From Ginglymostoma cirratum (lineage: Eukaryota), in the NCBI GenBank assembly GCA_024137785.1, contig JAHRHZ010000047.1:3540425-3604424 (forward strand): DNA of 64,000 nt, written 5' to 3'. The position numbers were made by a program, and so were the translations under genes. The notes under the pieces were generated by a model. The model saw nothing but the letters and a program-made list of their open reading frames with translations, was not told the DNA's origin and did not search any database. Below are positions 36,501 to 49,755 of this stretch, piece after piece; the first letter of the stretch is position 1; every line of letters begins with the position of its first letter.

Positions 36501-38799
36501 AAATGCAATTGATGCTTGGTCATTTGTAAATCTGAGACCTTTCAGCAAGGCATTTCAAGAAATGGGCAAATTTAGGTTTGTAGAGGTAGGTCACAGATTA
36601 GCCAAGGTTTAATTAAGTGACAAGACTAAGACTGGGAGGTTGTTTTTATTTTTTGGGTAATTGTATCAAAAGATATGGCGCAAACTGGGATAAATAGAAT
36701 TTATTTGCAGAGTAGTCATGATCCAATTGAATGGTGAACCAATCAAAAAGCTGAATAGCCTACTCCTGTTCCAATTATTTCCATGTTTCTGTCTGTTGCA
36801 ATCTACAAGTAATGGACACCAAACTCCAATATCAGCAATGATTTGTGTTCCTTTGTTATTTTAATGATACAAATGAATGAGAATTATGCTTTTCAATCAC
36901 TAATGGATCTGCAATTGCAAAAAGCATGGTAGGTTGAAGATTGTTTGAGATGGACAGGAACATTAAACCATGTAATCCACAATATATGATTCTATGCTCA
37001 AAATGTTGCTGTTTACAGCTATGTCTGTCTTTCTAGGGTTATAAGATATAGCTGTTTTGCTTGTTTAGGTTAAATAAAGGCTTGTCACAGATGTTAAGGT
37101 CAATTAGATATCAGGTCAACATTTTTATAACACATATTTCAGTGTGCCACTTGACTGTGATAGACTCAGACAAGTGTTAGATGCAGTCTTTAGTATAAAT
37201 TTCACTGGTAAATTGAGGCCTGGGAGCAAAGGCTAACTGATGAACTTAATGACATATCCGTGGAACTACTATCATTTCATCAGGACTGGTGTAATCAGGT
37301 AACATGACTGTCCATTCACATAATCCTAATACTGCATTGCATGGTGCAGTCCCATTGGGACATTAGTGATCACTGATCTTCTAGTTCCAAAATCAAATAT
37401 TATATCAACACATTTTATAGAAAGGAGTCAATCATATCCATATTATGTAAGTTTAAGGCTTGTTCAAATTTAATTAAATCGGTCAAATCTTGCTTCAAGT
37501 TTGCAAATTATAAATTTTCAGTCTTTAGGACATCATATTGTGCCCACTTTTTGCCTAGAAATACAAAGGTTTAGAATCAGACATAAATCATTTTAATGAT
37601 TCTTGACTAATCAACCATGAGAATGAGTCGTGATTTGCAAATCATAAGGAAAACCCATGAAAAATTGAAAGCACTGTAATGACGATTGTCCATTTGAAAA
37701 TAAGTTACCCAAAGGTAGGACTTTTTTTAAAAAATCTTTCTTTTTACTTGTTAAATCTGTAAAACCCATGGAAATAAACCAATAAAGTAAAGTAATTTAC
37801 TGTATGAAATTGGTAGATGAAAATTTCAGGAGCACTACTCAAAGAATCAACAAAATAGAATGCTATGCCACAAGAAAGAACATAACACTTGGTAGCATCC
37901 TATGTATGTTAGACTTATGCACATATGGGCCCATAGTTTTCTTTGAAGTCCTTTACTTTTATCATATGGTTGGCACTGCTGATTCATTTCATTCAGCGAT
38001 AAAGCATTAATTTTTTTCTTGTAGACATTTACAAATCTTATGTGTTGAATAGATTGTTCAATTGAAACCTGATTTCAATTTGCTAATGGTCTTTATAATG
38101 CTTAATGTAAGGTATGATTGATTTTCAAGTAGATCATACAAGTTTTGCCATTCCAAACTTTTATGATCATATACATGAGTTGAACAGCTCATTATACAGC
38201 AATTGAATTTGATGGGTGGTCACAATTGAAAGTGACTTTACCAAATTGATTGAAATAATGATTACAAAATGTAAGTGTAAGAATCTATTCTGTTAATTGC
38301 TTTTGAATACCTTTTTTGCATATTGGGTCAGTTTATTTGGAAACTCTCATGCAATTGAGCCCCTTTTCAAAATAGCCATTAACTTCAATAAAAAATTGAT
38401 AATTTTCTATCTTTTTAATTGTAGACACTGGATTTAGACATTTATTGATCTTGACAGTGTAAAGGAGCTGAATTGATATCTTCCTTAATTAATTGTACTC
38501 TCCCTTCAATTCTGTGAAAACAAGTTTAGTTTTCCAGTTAAATTGAATCAGTTATCCAAGATCCCCAATTTCAAGCAATGTCATAAATACTCATTATTTT
38601 AAAATATATCAGCGATGTCAAACTTGTTAATAATCCTTTTAATTGTTTTAAAGGCACCTTAATGGCAAAACTCCAATTAAAATAGTAATTCTGCACACCA
38701 TAATCAGTAATGCTACCTGTATATGTTTGCACAATTTCCTTTAAATAATGTTATGAAATTAAAAACCTATAAAGCCCACTGCACTTTTTTTGTATATTC

Positions 38800-38960
38800 A
38801 CACATGGCATGGAGGCTGGAACAACATTTATTGTCCATGCCTGATTGCTCTTAAGAGTGTGGTATTGAACTGCCTTCTTGAACCACTGCAGATGTAGGTA
38901 CACCCACTGTGTGGTTACGAAGGAAGTTCCATGCTTTTGACCCAATGATAATGAAGGAAC
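38800..38960 (-). mobile_element. CR1/L2-group LINE 3' end remnant
   Basis: CATTTATTGTCCATGCCTGATTGCTCTTAAG...CTGCCTTCTTGAACCACTGCAG, as at 16.2 kb. Confidence 0.6.
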
Positions 38961-41729
38961 ACAATGAAAAGGAATATAGGATCAGGTACTAAATATCCAT
39001 TAGTGTAGTGTGGTATAGTTAAGCGCAAAAATGTAGAATTTTGCATTCAAAATAAACTTTGCTTTATGCATCACAGAGTTGAAAATTAATTGCATATCCA
39101 AAAAGAATGCGTACATTTTAAATTCTACCTGTCAATGTGAATTTGGTGCACTTTTGAGTACTTATTTTACATCATTAATCGATGAATAAATCAGTTTCTA
39201 CAACATTGAAAGCGTCAGTCAGATCAGGTTCTCATTGTAGTGTGACAGTGACAACCAGAATGCCTACAGCCTGTAACAAAATATGTCCAGATATTAAATG
39301 CAATGAAATGGACTATAACATATCAAGACAAGTTTGCCCAAACACAGTTGCAACAGAGAAGATAAGTTATTGCTGTCAAGCCTGAAGAGGTAAATGTAAT
39401 TGTGTATGTTGAACTTGTTGATTTTTGCAGTGAAATTTGTAGACTGGTATGAATGAACACACATTATCAATAACATGCACTCTAAAATAAACTTGATAAA
39501 TCATTTCTGAAAGCTTTGAATGTTGGTGCACACATTAAATGGAAACCTGAGAAGAAACATGTATATGCACTTCCAGTACATCCAGTTATTTATTCTTTGC
39601 CATTTTACTAGATTCTGAAAATGAAAAATTGTCATTAAGTTTGAAAATATAAAAGAAGCCCAAAGACAGGTCTGAGGTGTGTGCTGCTATTGAGTCTAAT
39701 TACTTCCATCAGAAAGTTGTTAAACTGTGAATCATCAGGCTAGGTTTGCAATGGACTAAATTTGTATATGAAGATATGTGTTACTTTTACATTCCCTCTT
39801 TCTTCATTTCTATGCAATGATATATTTGTGTGATGTGTATATACACATTTGTATATTAATTTTTCTGGTATTAGCTCCCATTTTACAAAATTTACAGACC
39901 ATATATACTATACCTAACAGGCCTTGAATTACAAGTGAGCAGCTAAAAGTGTGGTTATATTATATGATAGGTAATGTTCTGTAATAATATACTTATTCTA
40001 TACAATAGTATACATATTAAAATGCAGTTTCACTTTTTTTGCATAGTATGTAGCTTATTACATTTTTTTTCCAGTTTGTAGTGAAAATTGTTTTCAAATA
40101 TTAATTTTATTGGAATTGTTTTACATTTCAGTCTGCATGATATCAGAAGAACCAGTGCTGAAATCAATGAGGTCTTCGGGAGTTTCAGCAAATTTTCTTT
40201 GAATTAAATGACTTTGACATTTTTGTCACAAACATTTTAACCAACCCTGTTATTAGTTACACTTTTTCTTTTGAAAAACTAAGACCACAAATCTTTCTGT
40301 CTCAATTTTGTGCTGACAGATTTCAATATGGCACCTTCCATGGGGAAGGAAAAAGTAGGTCTCATTGTTCAGTAGGGAATACTAAAGCATCATCCACACT
40401 TAGAATAAATAGGTACAATAGGATGAACTCATCCATTCAAAATAAAACAAATATTATATTTTGTTCTTTTAATTACAGTAAAGTCTTGATATGATTCTCA
40501 TTTCTAGTTGCAACATTTATATGGCCATTAAGCCCATGAAAGGTATGTATACTTTTGTATTGTAGAATAACAGCAAAACCAGTTCCAACTTCTGTGTCAT
40601 TACCATTAATTACAACACTGGAAAAAAAATGCAGAATAATGATTTAGGTTGAACACCTTGTAAAGCAAAGAGTGCTCATTAGTTGTTGGTTTTGTGTTAA
40701 TTTAAAACACAATGGAAAAATACGGTCATATAATTTGCTTGGTACCCATTGAAGTATATCTACAAACAGTGTAAAGAATTTTAAAAATTCCTGGGCATAC
40801 AGTTAACGTTCACACTTCACTATTCTCAATGCTAGCAGAGAGCTAACAGTCCCATCCACTCAAACATAAAAACATCTAAACCTGATTTGGATAGCACCAG
40901 ACATTTCCTCCAAGGAATCTGTAATCCAGATCCAACGTTATGCCGCTCTTCCATCACTGTAAACAAAGCATTGTTCTGAAACCTAAGGTGTAAGTGTATG
41001 CTTAGTGTCAGCCATGGGATTTAGTGAAAGCTGTTACCTCCATGAATTAACAGGGTCATGTTTCAATTTGGGGAAATTATAAGTTGCTCCGCTGGAGGTG
41101 TCACTAATTTTAATATGTTGAGCTTTAAATGTACAATTATTTTTAATTGAAATAGTTTTAAAAATAGTATATTTCTGATAATATTGTTGCCCTAGAAGAA
41201 GGAATTACCACTGAATTGAATAAAACAGTGCAAATAATATGGAAAGACACCAGTGCAGTACTTTATAAATTAATTATCAGATCATTCAAACTAGTGACAT
41301 TGAATTGGAGTGGTTTTTTTTGATTAATGACAAACTGTAAAATTATCTTGCTTCTGTTCCTGTGCTAGATCAAATAATTTAGAATGAGAGAGGGAGCAAA
41401 AGAGGTAAAACTGAAACATTTGACTCCTCTGAAAAGGAGCTTGTACTCTTTTGTTTCTTCCTATCTAATAGAATGAGATAATGTTTCTCAAGGGTACACA
41501 TGATTTCTCATTATCAAGTACCTTTTCTCTGAACCAAAAGGTTGTTTTGCTTCATAAAGAACAGCAAGTTCTTTTAAAAATTGGGGCACCATCTTCCTGT
41601 CGAAATTGTTGCTAGAATGTTTAGACTTTGTTCTTTAGTTTCTTGTTTGTTCCAATAAACGTGCACCTAAGTATTGTCTATGGGGCTTTGTCGTTTATGT
41701 TTGAAACTGTGTCAACAAGAGCTGGTTTT

Positions 41730-41845
41730 ATATTTTCTAATCAACCTGTTCAGAGATGTCATTACACACTTCTGGAGGAGGCCTGACTTGAACCAGAGCC
41801 TCCTGGCTGGTAGGGGCACTACCACTGTGCCATAAGTAACCCTAA
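41730..41845 (-). mobile_element. Short tRNA-derived SINE
   Basis: Reverse complement of 49625-49755: CTAATCAACCTGTTC...GACTTGAACC...CACTACCACTGTGCCA. Confidence 0.7.
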
Positions 41846-44349
41846 AGTGCTGGGTTTTCTACCCTCTTAAGTGATCAGAGGCATTCAATCCGGGATGCCC
41901 CAGTAACTGAAAAGGTTCTCGGGTGCTGCGAAGCTGCTCCAAGTTGAAATGCAAAAGTGCTTAAGATGAACCTACACTACCATTCTAGCAAAGCTGTGAA
42001 TTGGATGTGAAAAACGATTAAATCAGGATGGATTTTATGACAAGGGAACTAGCTGGGACCCTTCACGTGACCTGAAATAATTTCTGCTGATTTTTCAATA
42101 TCTTCAGGAGCTATTAAGCGCAGAGTAATAACCGACAAATATCCGAACGTTTATGTTTCTGAATATTAATGGTTATATACCTCAGCACTTGTAGCATATA
42201 ATGCTTAAAAAGGGAATTCCCTTTCATGGAATCCAAAAGCAAATGATGATTAAAAGGGTAAAATTTGAGGCCAATCGATCGGGTGTGGAAATTACGTTAT
42301 TTGCAACAGCATCCTGCTATCCAGCCGCAGTATTTCTGTTAGCCCAATCTGGGCGCTACAGAACAAATCGAGATCGAAAACAACGTTCCTACGAATCTGT
42401 AGATGCAGATGAAACCCTGACAGCAGATTACACGTGTTTAGAAAGCAGCCCAATCGTACCTTCTCCAATGAGGGCTCTCGTTTAATATTTATATTGGATA
42501 AATCAACATAGTGAAAGCTCCGTTTGCCGTTGTATTTAAACTGAAAGCTTTAGGTAACTCGTTAGTCCTATGTTACTCTGGTCTAGGATACATTTTGAGA
42601 ACTAGTGAATGTTTGCTTTCTGTTAAGCGTGTGTAGGATGGCTGTCTAAGCTTTAATTCGCCACGTCAAGTTGTTAATTTTGATAACATTGCCGATATTC
42701 AAGGTGATGGATCAGATTCGTAGATGGATGTGACTGTTTAGGGTTTGCAGACTGAGAAATTTCGAAGATTCAATCATAGGTAGAAGGGGGCTGTGATCCT
42801 AATGATGTGGTAGTAAATTCTGCCGCTCACTGACAAATCGATGAGTCAATTTCAGGTCAGTTTCATTAATTGGCAAAGATTCTGTCTTTCTGTCTTCCAG
42901 TTGTTTTTAACTGTTCGAGCGGCCCAGAACCTCCTTTCAATGAATTTTTGCCTAATTTACAAAAGAATGGGTGGCCGGTGAAGAGTACGGCGGGTGTTGC
43001 TCAAATCCAGTCCCGTCTGTAAAAGAGCTGAATTAACTTTCAACGTGACATTGACAGCGGGGTGGGTCCAGCTCCTGTGATCTATTGTTTGCCAAAAGTG
43101 CTGGTGATTTCCCCCAAAAAGAATAAGATAGTGTAACTAAACCGGGGTAGGCCATGCGAGCTTTACATAGGCAAATTTCCTGGGTTGCCCAACTTCTGTA
43201 AACGTGCCAGGCGTTTAACATTTGAACCTCAGCGCCTTTCTCTCGCACCGTTGGGTTTGTCCAGGGGTCGCTGACCCTCCTGGTTACAGATCAGCTGCCT
43301 CGAAACGTTAATTGAATGACAGATGGTCAGCTTATAGGCCTGCCCTAAGCTGCAACTAAGCAGGGCTGCAGCTAAGATTGTCAAGAGAGCAAAGCGCTGA
43401 TATTTGTTCTCCAAACCACCGTGATCACTGCAAAACCTCAATCAATGGCTCTGTCTTAAATTCCAAGTGAACTAGATTTCAAGATTATCATTTGATATGA
43501 AAATGAAGGAAGGTGTGGTTTTGTAGTCCAAATCCAATTAACCAAAGCGCCCATTGTATACCGGGGCTGTGGGCTCAATGTGATCCGTATGAATTAATGG
43601 ACACAAAATTGGTCTTAGGAATTCTCCTGATTAGTTAGGTGTGCGCGGTGGGGACAACGCTCAGTTATTGCCGAATGAAATGTACTGCTCAATCAGTAAG
43701 GTTATGAAGTAAGCACTTCAGTACGTATTACTAAACTGGAAAGTGCACAAAAATCTGAAGCTTTGAGGGCGACAATATCGTCACTGACAATTGCACGTGT
43801 TTATTCGCGGGATGAACGCTATCTCTTCTGAAATGCGTGTTTGCAAGCATGATAGCAATTTACCCACAATTTTATTTCGTAGGGTGGAGAAAATCAAAGA
43901 TTCATAGCCGCACGGTGCTTCCTTTTTCAGGATCTAAAAGTTGCAACTTTTTTATTAAAGAAATGGTCCCTTTCTCACGTTTTTGACACCAAACCCGGTC
44001 ATGCGGTAACAGATGAAACACTGGCTATTTCCATGAGCGCCGGGAAAGGCGTCGTTTGGCTATTAATGATCTGAGGACCTGCGCAAATAGTATTTCAGAG
44101 AAGGAGGCGGATCAATAAACCATCCTCCATCTCCTCCCAGCAACAACCAGCGTGGGCTCACCCCCAGAAAGACAGCCGATCTTAAGCCTTCATTTCCAGG
44201 TTAAAAGCAAATCAAATCACCGTTAATGATCAGAACTCTAATGTCCTTAAAATACACGGCCCTTGTACATTGTGCCCAATCCCCGCTGCTTTTGTAACAT
44301 GGTTCTCAGAGAAGGGTCAGAAAAGAGCAATTTTAACCTATAAGCAAAT

Positions 44350-44525
44350 AAAATTGAAAGAACTGCGGATGCTGTAAATCAGGAACAGAAACAGAAGTTG
44401 CTGGAAAAGCTCAGCAACTCTGGCAGCATCTGTGAAGAAGAAAACCAGAGTAAACGTGGTTACTCGTTTACCACGGAGATCCCGCAGCCGAAACGTTAAA
44501 TTTGATTTTTCTTCACAGATGCAGT
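44350..44525. mobile_element. Fold-back Penelope-derived element
   Basis: Arms GCATCTGTGAAGAA / TTCTTCACAGATGC; left arm is the reverse complement of the 18855 family. Confidence 0.7.
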
Positions 44526-44751
44526 CCCTAACGCACGGCCGACTGTTTACAGGTTATGACAATCAAACCTGTCTCTTTCGTCCCGATTTGAACTAATGTG
44601 AGGCTGGTCCAGCTATCACTGACGTAAGGCAGGAGTGTATCAATGTTTGCTCAGGCTAAAGCGGTAAAACTCCGTAGAGCCGCGCGCTTTTAGCTATTGC
44701 ATTATTGGTTGGTAAACCCATGGATGTGGACCCTGGCGGTGGGTGGAGAGC

Positions 44752-44771
44752 GGGGGGGGGGGGGGGGGGGG
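44752..44771 (+). repeat. Poly-G run
   Basis: About 20 consecutive G. Confidence 0.9.
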
Positions 44772-47700
44772 AGTCGTAAGCTGTGTCATCTGCACTAGAC
44801 ATCAAATGCTTGGCTTTTTCCTCGCTGCAAACATTCAGCCTGCTTCTCTCACAAAAATACTCATTAGAACCCATCAAATCATAGTGATGAAGCTTTATAC
44901 TGAGCGGAGAGGCCAGGATACGAGCTCCGCTTTCTGTGTTTTTCTCCCTTTTTGTTAATTCACAAGAATTTAAACCCCTGCATCACTGGACAGCTATCTC
45001 TTGACTAATACGGAGATAGCTGACATCAACTTCCGTTAGCGGGCTGCCTCAGATCGAAGCCTTCGATTGTAACTGAAACTATTTGCATAATGATTCCCTT
45101 TCATAGACACCGAGATACATAACAAGCCGGGGTCATTGAAATGCAAGTAGCATTCTCGAAATGCGAGGCAATACAGCCCCGAAACGAGCTGCCTAAAGCA
45201 CAGCTAGGCACAGAGGCTGCATCGCCTTTCGTTCAGATTCCGTTATTTGTATTTATTTTGTATGTGTGCCTTTTCGTATGTTTGTCTGTTATTTTCCGGT
45301 GAAAGGTTTCGGGAGAAGCGAGACGGAGAAAGGGGGGGCTGGGGTGGCGGTGTAGTGGGTGGAAGCGGCTGTTTGTGTGTGGGGTAGGGGAGTTTGATTT
45401 GTTTTTTCGCCTGAAGCATCCAAGGACGGGCTAAGAGGGGGTTGGGGGGTGCGACATTGGGGTGCGGGGTGAAGAGTTGGAGGGAGACTGGAGACTACCT
45501 CGACCCGGAGACCCAACTGGTCAACACTCTCCGACTGATCCTGCAAGGCGAATCCTGGACCAGCCGACAGCCGATGTTAAACTTTCCTATTTCAAGCTGT
45601 ACGAGAGAGTTGAAACAAACACACACACACAAAAAAGGATGTAGCAGCTCGTTTGCTTTCTTCCCCCAATTGAAATTATGTATGTGACTTGGGGCACATG
45701 CCGAGACTTGGCCGTGGATGTTTATAAAATGCAACATGCCACGAAACAAAAAAACAAAAGATGCAAAATAATGGCTTTTGCCTGGATTTCGGTAAGTATG
45801 TCTGAATCCACTGCTCAGATCAGAAATTGGTAACACGGTTATCAATAGCCATCGGCAGCGTCCCAGTGACTGAGGCACCCCCGCTGTTTTATTTGGAGTG
45901 GACACGCGAATCAGTGCTGTAGGGGACACGGCCGCGGACACCAGCAACATCAGCCTGATGTTAAAAGATGTGGGGGAACACACATGGAGCCTCAATCTTG
46001 GCCAAATATCTGTCAACACCCGGGCTGTGCTAGGGGGTGGGGTGGCGGGAGTGTGTTAAAGAAGGGAGACTGTCGACTTGAGAATTACGTTTTTGATATG
46101 AGCTGAACTGGAACTCTAAACCACGCACCAAAACAAAGGAAAGTGACATTTGCAGTCCGGCACGCAAAACCAATCTCCGCACAGTCTGACATTCTTTCTC
46201 TCTTTGAAGTCAAGGGCTTGGCATTTTTATAATTAGAAACTTGTTATTTGACAAAACGAAACAAGTCCGCTGAAGATGTGGTACATCGAGGAGCGGGTCG
46301 GCTTTGTTGGTATTCACTGTCCATCGCCCAGGAGTAGTTATGGCAAGTTATAATAAAATATAACTCATTAAACTCTGCTCCCAGTTTTCATGTGACAGCA
46401 GAAGCAGAATCTTGCAAACTTTTCCTGAATGGTTAAAAGCAGGAAGTGACGTGCTCGATCCCAGTTTTTAATATTTCATATCTTTCCGAGAATTTAGGAG
46501 TACTGCAGTACATCAACTGCAACGCTGCTGGAACTGGTGTGTCACCACATATAATGTTCAGCCTCGGCAGTATCTTGTTCATTAAAACACAATCATGCTC
46601 TTGTTCGAGACAGTACAAGCTCATTTTTTTCTGAAATCATTCATTATAAATATATTATTAAGTTTGCAACTGTTAGGAAACCGTCTGAGATTCGCAAACC
46701 GACTCTTTAAAAAGCTATTTTTGTAACTATATTCCTGATCAGAGTGTGTCTGCGATTGACTGTTTAAGGCCAGAACACAATTATTTCTGCATATCAAACT
46801 GGCAAAGAATTACTTTTAGTTAAATACATTCGAATCTCTCCAACGCAATGCTGGTTTTATATCTTTCCTCCGATTCCCAGCTGAGCGGGATCAAAATGGC
46901 CAGTTCTGAGAGATGGTTGGAAGTTTGCGTGTGAATGCAACATCTTTGTACATTATTGGATTTTCTAAACTGTAGCAGCATGAACGTAAAGATATCAAAT
47001 TACAACTTGGAGTTATGTTCTCGGTAATTTACATGAACGTCCGGCGCAAACATTTTTTTTAAATTGGGAAGCTCTTGAAACAGGTGTCATAAAGATTATG
47101 TCTAATATTTTAAGACACTTTACATTGTAGAATCAAATACGTTAAGTAAGTTAATCGAATAGAAGAAACGCAGGATGCAGCTGGGGTAGTTATGTAGCGC
47201 TATCAATAATCGGTCCGGTTCAAAATGTGGCTTCTGATGTTAACCTATTTGCTCCTTTAATTAGACCTGGGCGGTTTTTGTAAGTTCTGTAATTTTGTTA
47301 CTAATTGTGATTCTACTCATTAGAGTTATGCCGAGTTAGGACTTGCCAGTATTTTAGAGCTGGATGTTTTAACAACTGCTGAGCCACTGAGATTGTTTTA
47401 CAGTTCTTCAGGCATTTAGCTCAATCATGTTGCTAAATTCTCTTGGAATAATAGTGTTACTATTTTTCTTTTGCCTGAGTCCTAGGGTTGATGCCCATTG
47501 TTGTTGATGGGGCTTGAGGACACATCTTGAATTGTAAATGCAAGGGAAGCTCTCGATTGACGAACTCTTGTCAATAGTAGCGATTACATAAATGTCAAAG
47601 TTCGATGTTCACTTGTTTCTGATGTTAACGTTATTTACTTAATTATGTAAGGAATGCAGCAAAAGAAAATAGAACATTTGTAAGCAATTAATGTTTGATG

Positions 47701-48760
47701 TTATTGAACATGAATTAAATACAGCCGTTCGGGGCTGTAATCAGGTTCCAAAGCCTCTTTCTGTTTGAGTTCCAGGAGGAAAACTTTCCCAATCCGACTG
47801 TCAGATGCTCACCAGAGAAATGCGAGGTCTGTTTCATTATGTGGCGAGAGAGATTGCGCTACTTTGAAATGGCGGAGGTCGATGTCTCCGCTGTAGCTGC
47901 AGTAAAAATAACAAAGTGACTAACACTGGCTGCCAATGTGGCGCTCACAAATCGAGAGGTGAAGCAACAAATGACAGGAGCTTTGTATTTCTAAGGACAA
48001 AAAATAACAACGAACCCACAATTCTACACGAAAGTCTGTTTTATTGTGATGTAAAAATGACTTGCACTTACAAGCAAAAATTAATATCCATTGATCACCG
48101 CAAGTGTGTCTGTTATAACTAAACCAATTCCGAAAGCATAGCATTGTCTTGTGGACCAGTGCGCATCGCTGAAATATATTAATCCCTTTAATTGATTGAG
48201 GAGCATGAGTTTTCGATTTTGCTATAGCTGTACATCCTTTAGTATTTATGTGTGGTAAAGCCGCAAAGGCGTTTATACGGATAATTACAGATTGATTGAC
48301 GTGGAATCCAATGTCTCTGTGAGCTGCTATCCCGTTGTAAACTTGCACGCAGTTTCTTCACAAGATCTTGGTTGGCATTACAACCTAAGGCCAGTGCAAA
48401 GAGAAAACGCCAGTAACAATATCATTTACTTTTCATTCAATTTACAACAATTAGTCTGAGTTTACGGGGCCGCGGGGGTGATTACAAAGGAGTGTAATTT
48501 TGTAAAGTGCTGTCTGGATACCGGAAATGTATGACGACTGTTTTGTAGTAAAGAAATCAATGAGCAAACACCTCCTTTATTATTACCTTTCTACATATGC
48601 GTGCTGTATCAGGGCATTATGTAATCACTCTTATTTACGCACCTTTTGTTTAACCCTTTGGATGCCGGGGCATCTAATTGCAGCATCACATTCTTTCTTG
48701 GCGAGCTGCCTTGCACTCTTTTTTAGAAAGGGCGGGTTAATTAATTGTCTACGCTGTTCA

Positions 48761-48798
48761 CCCCCCCCCCCCCCCCGCGCGCCCCCCCCCCGCCCCCC
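48761..48798 (-). repeat. C-rich tract (G-quadruplex-capable on the minus strand)
   Basis: Three long C runs separated by GCGCG and G. Confidence 0.8.
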
Positions 48799-49624
48799 AG
48801 TAGTGTTATTCGGTCTTCTGCTGTTTAAATCTCCACACGTACACGCACCATTCATTGATCTGGGTTAAATCTAACTGACCCGAACTGGAATCTTTAAATG
48901 TACCATGTTCGAAGTTCACGCCCTCACTGTTCTGTGTGCATTGTATTACAGACTGTTTTGCTTTTCCCTGGTGCTACTTAGGCATAGGCTGTATTTACTT
49001 GTAAGCTATTGTTGGATATGATATTAAGAGTTGTCTCTTTTAAGAAGAAAGTTTTAGTCGTGCTATTATAACTATATTTCGAAGGTGACAAAACTCTTTG
49101 ATTCGTGCTCGGGTGGCCGGAATTGATTCATCCCATCCAATTTGAGAACGACTGTCAAATTTCAGAAATTGGCTAAATTCCAAAGCTAATTGTGATTCAT
49201 TCTCAAGTAGGTGTTGGCACCTCTGGAGCACAGCTACAAGGTGAAACAAAAGTTCATGCCTTGAACTCAGTCTTTTAATCAAACGTATCAATTTGATATA
49301 CAGCCTGTCAAATTTTCTCTCTCTATAAATAATTGAATTGTTTTTACTTCGAAAATGTAATCCCTAATTAGTTCGCTCGAGCTTTTTATTAGCTCCCTCT
49401 TTGAAAAAATACTGATTATTCCCTATGATATTTATGTTATATAGTGTACTTATTATTTATGGCAGTTTCGGCAGTTACATTTTTGTCCCACCTGGTACCT
49501 GGTCTTGATGTGCACATTAACTTATTTTGATATGGTACATATGATGGAAGTGGTCGTTCTGAAAGACATGCGCAAGTTGTTGAAACTGATTTGTTGCTTA
49601 ATTTATACGCTAATGTCGGGAGGT

Positions 49625-49755
49625 GGGGTGGGGGGCTCTTGTGGTGCAGTGGTAGTGTCCCTACTTCTGAGCCAGGAAGGCCAGGTTCAAGTTCCACCTG
49701 CTCCAGAGGTAAGTAATGACAACTGGGAACAGGGTTGATTAGGAAACTATCTACC
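49625..49755 (+). mobile_element. Short tRNA-derived SINE
   Basis: A box TGGTGCAGTGG, B box GGTTCAAGTTC, tail GAACAGGGTTGATTAGGAAA. Confidence 0.7.

Noticed and set aside
2360-41700. Exons of a neighbouring gene such as WDR72
   Set aside because: No ORF in the track resembles one; small exons below the track threshold cannot be excluded.
45495-46019. 174-aa minus-strand ORF
   Set aside because: No recognisable domain, non-ATG start, lies in GC-rich regulatory DNA.
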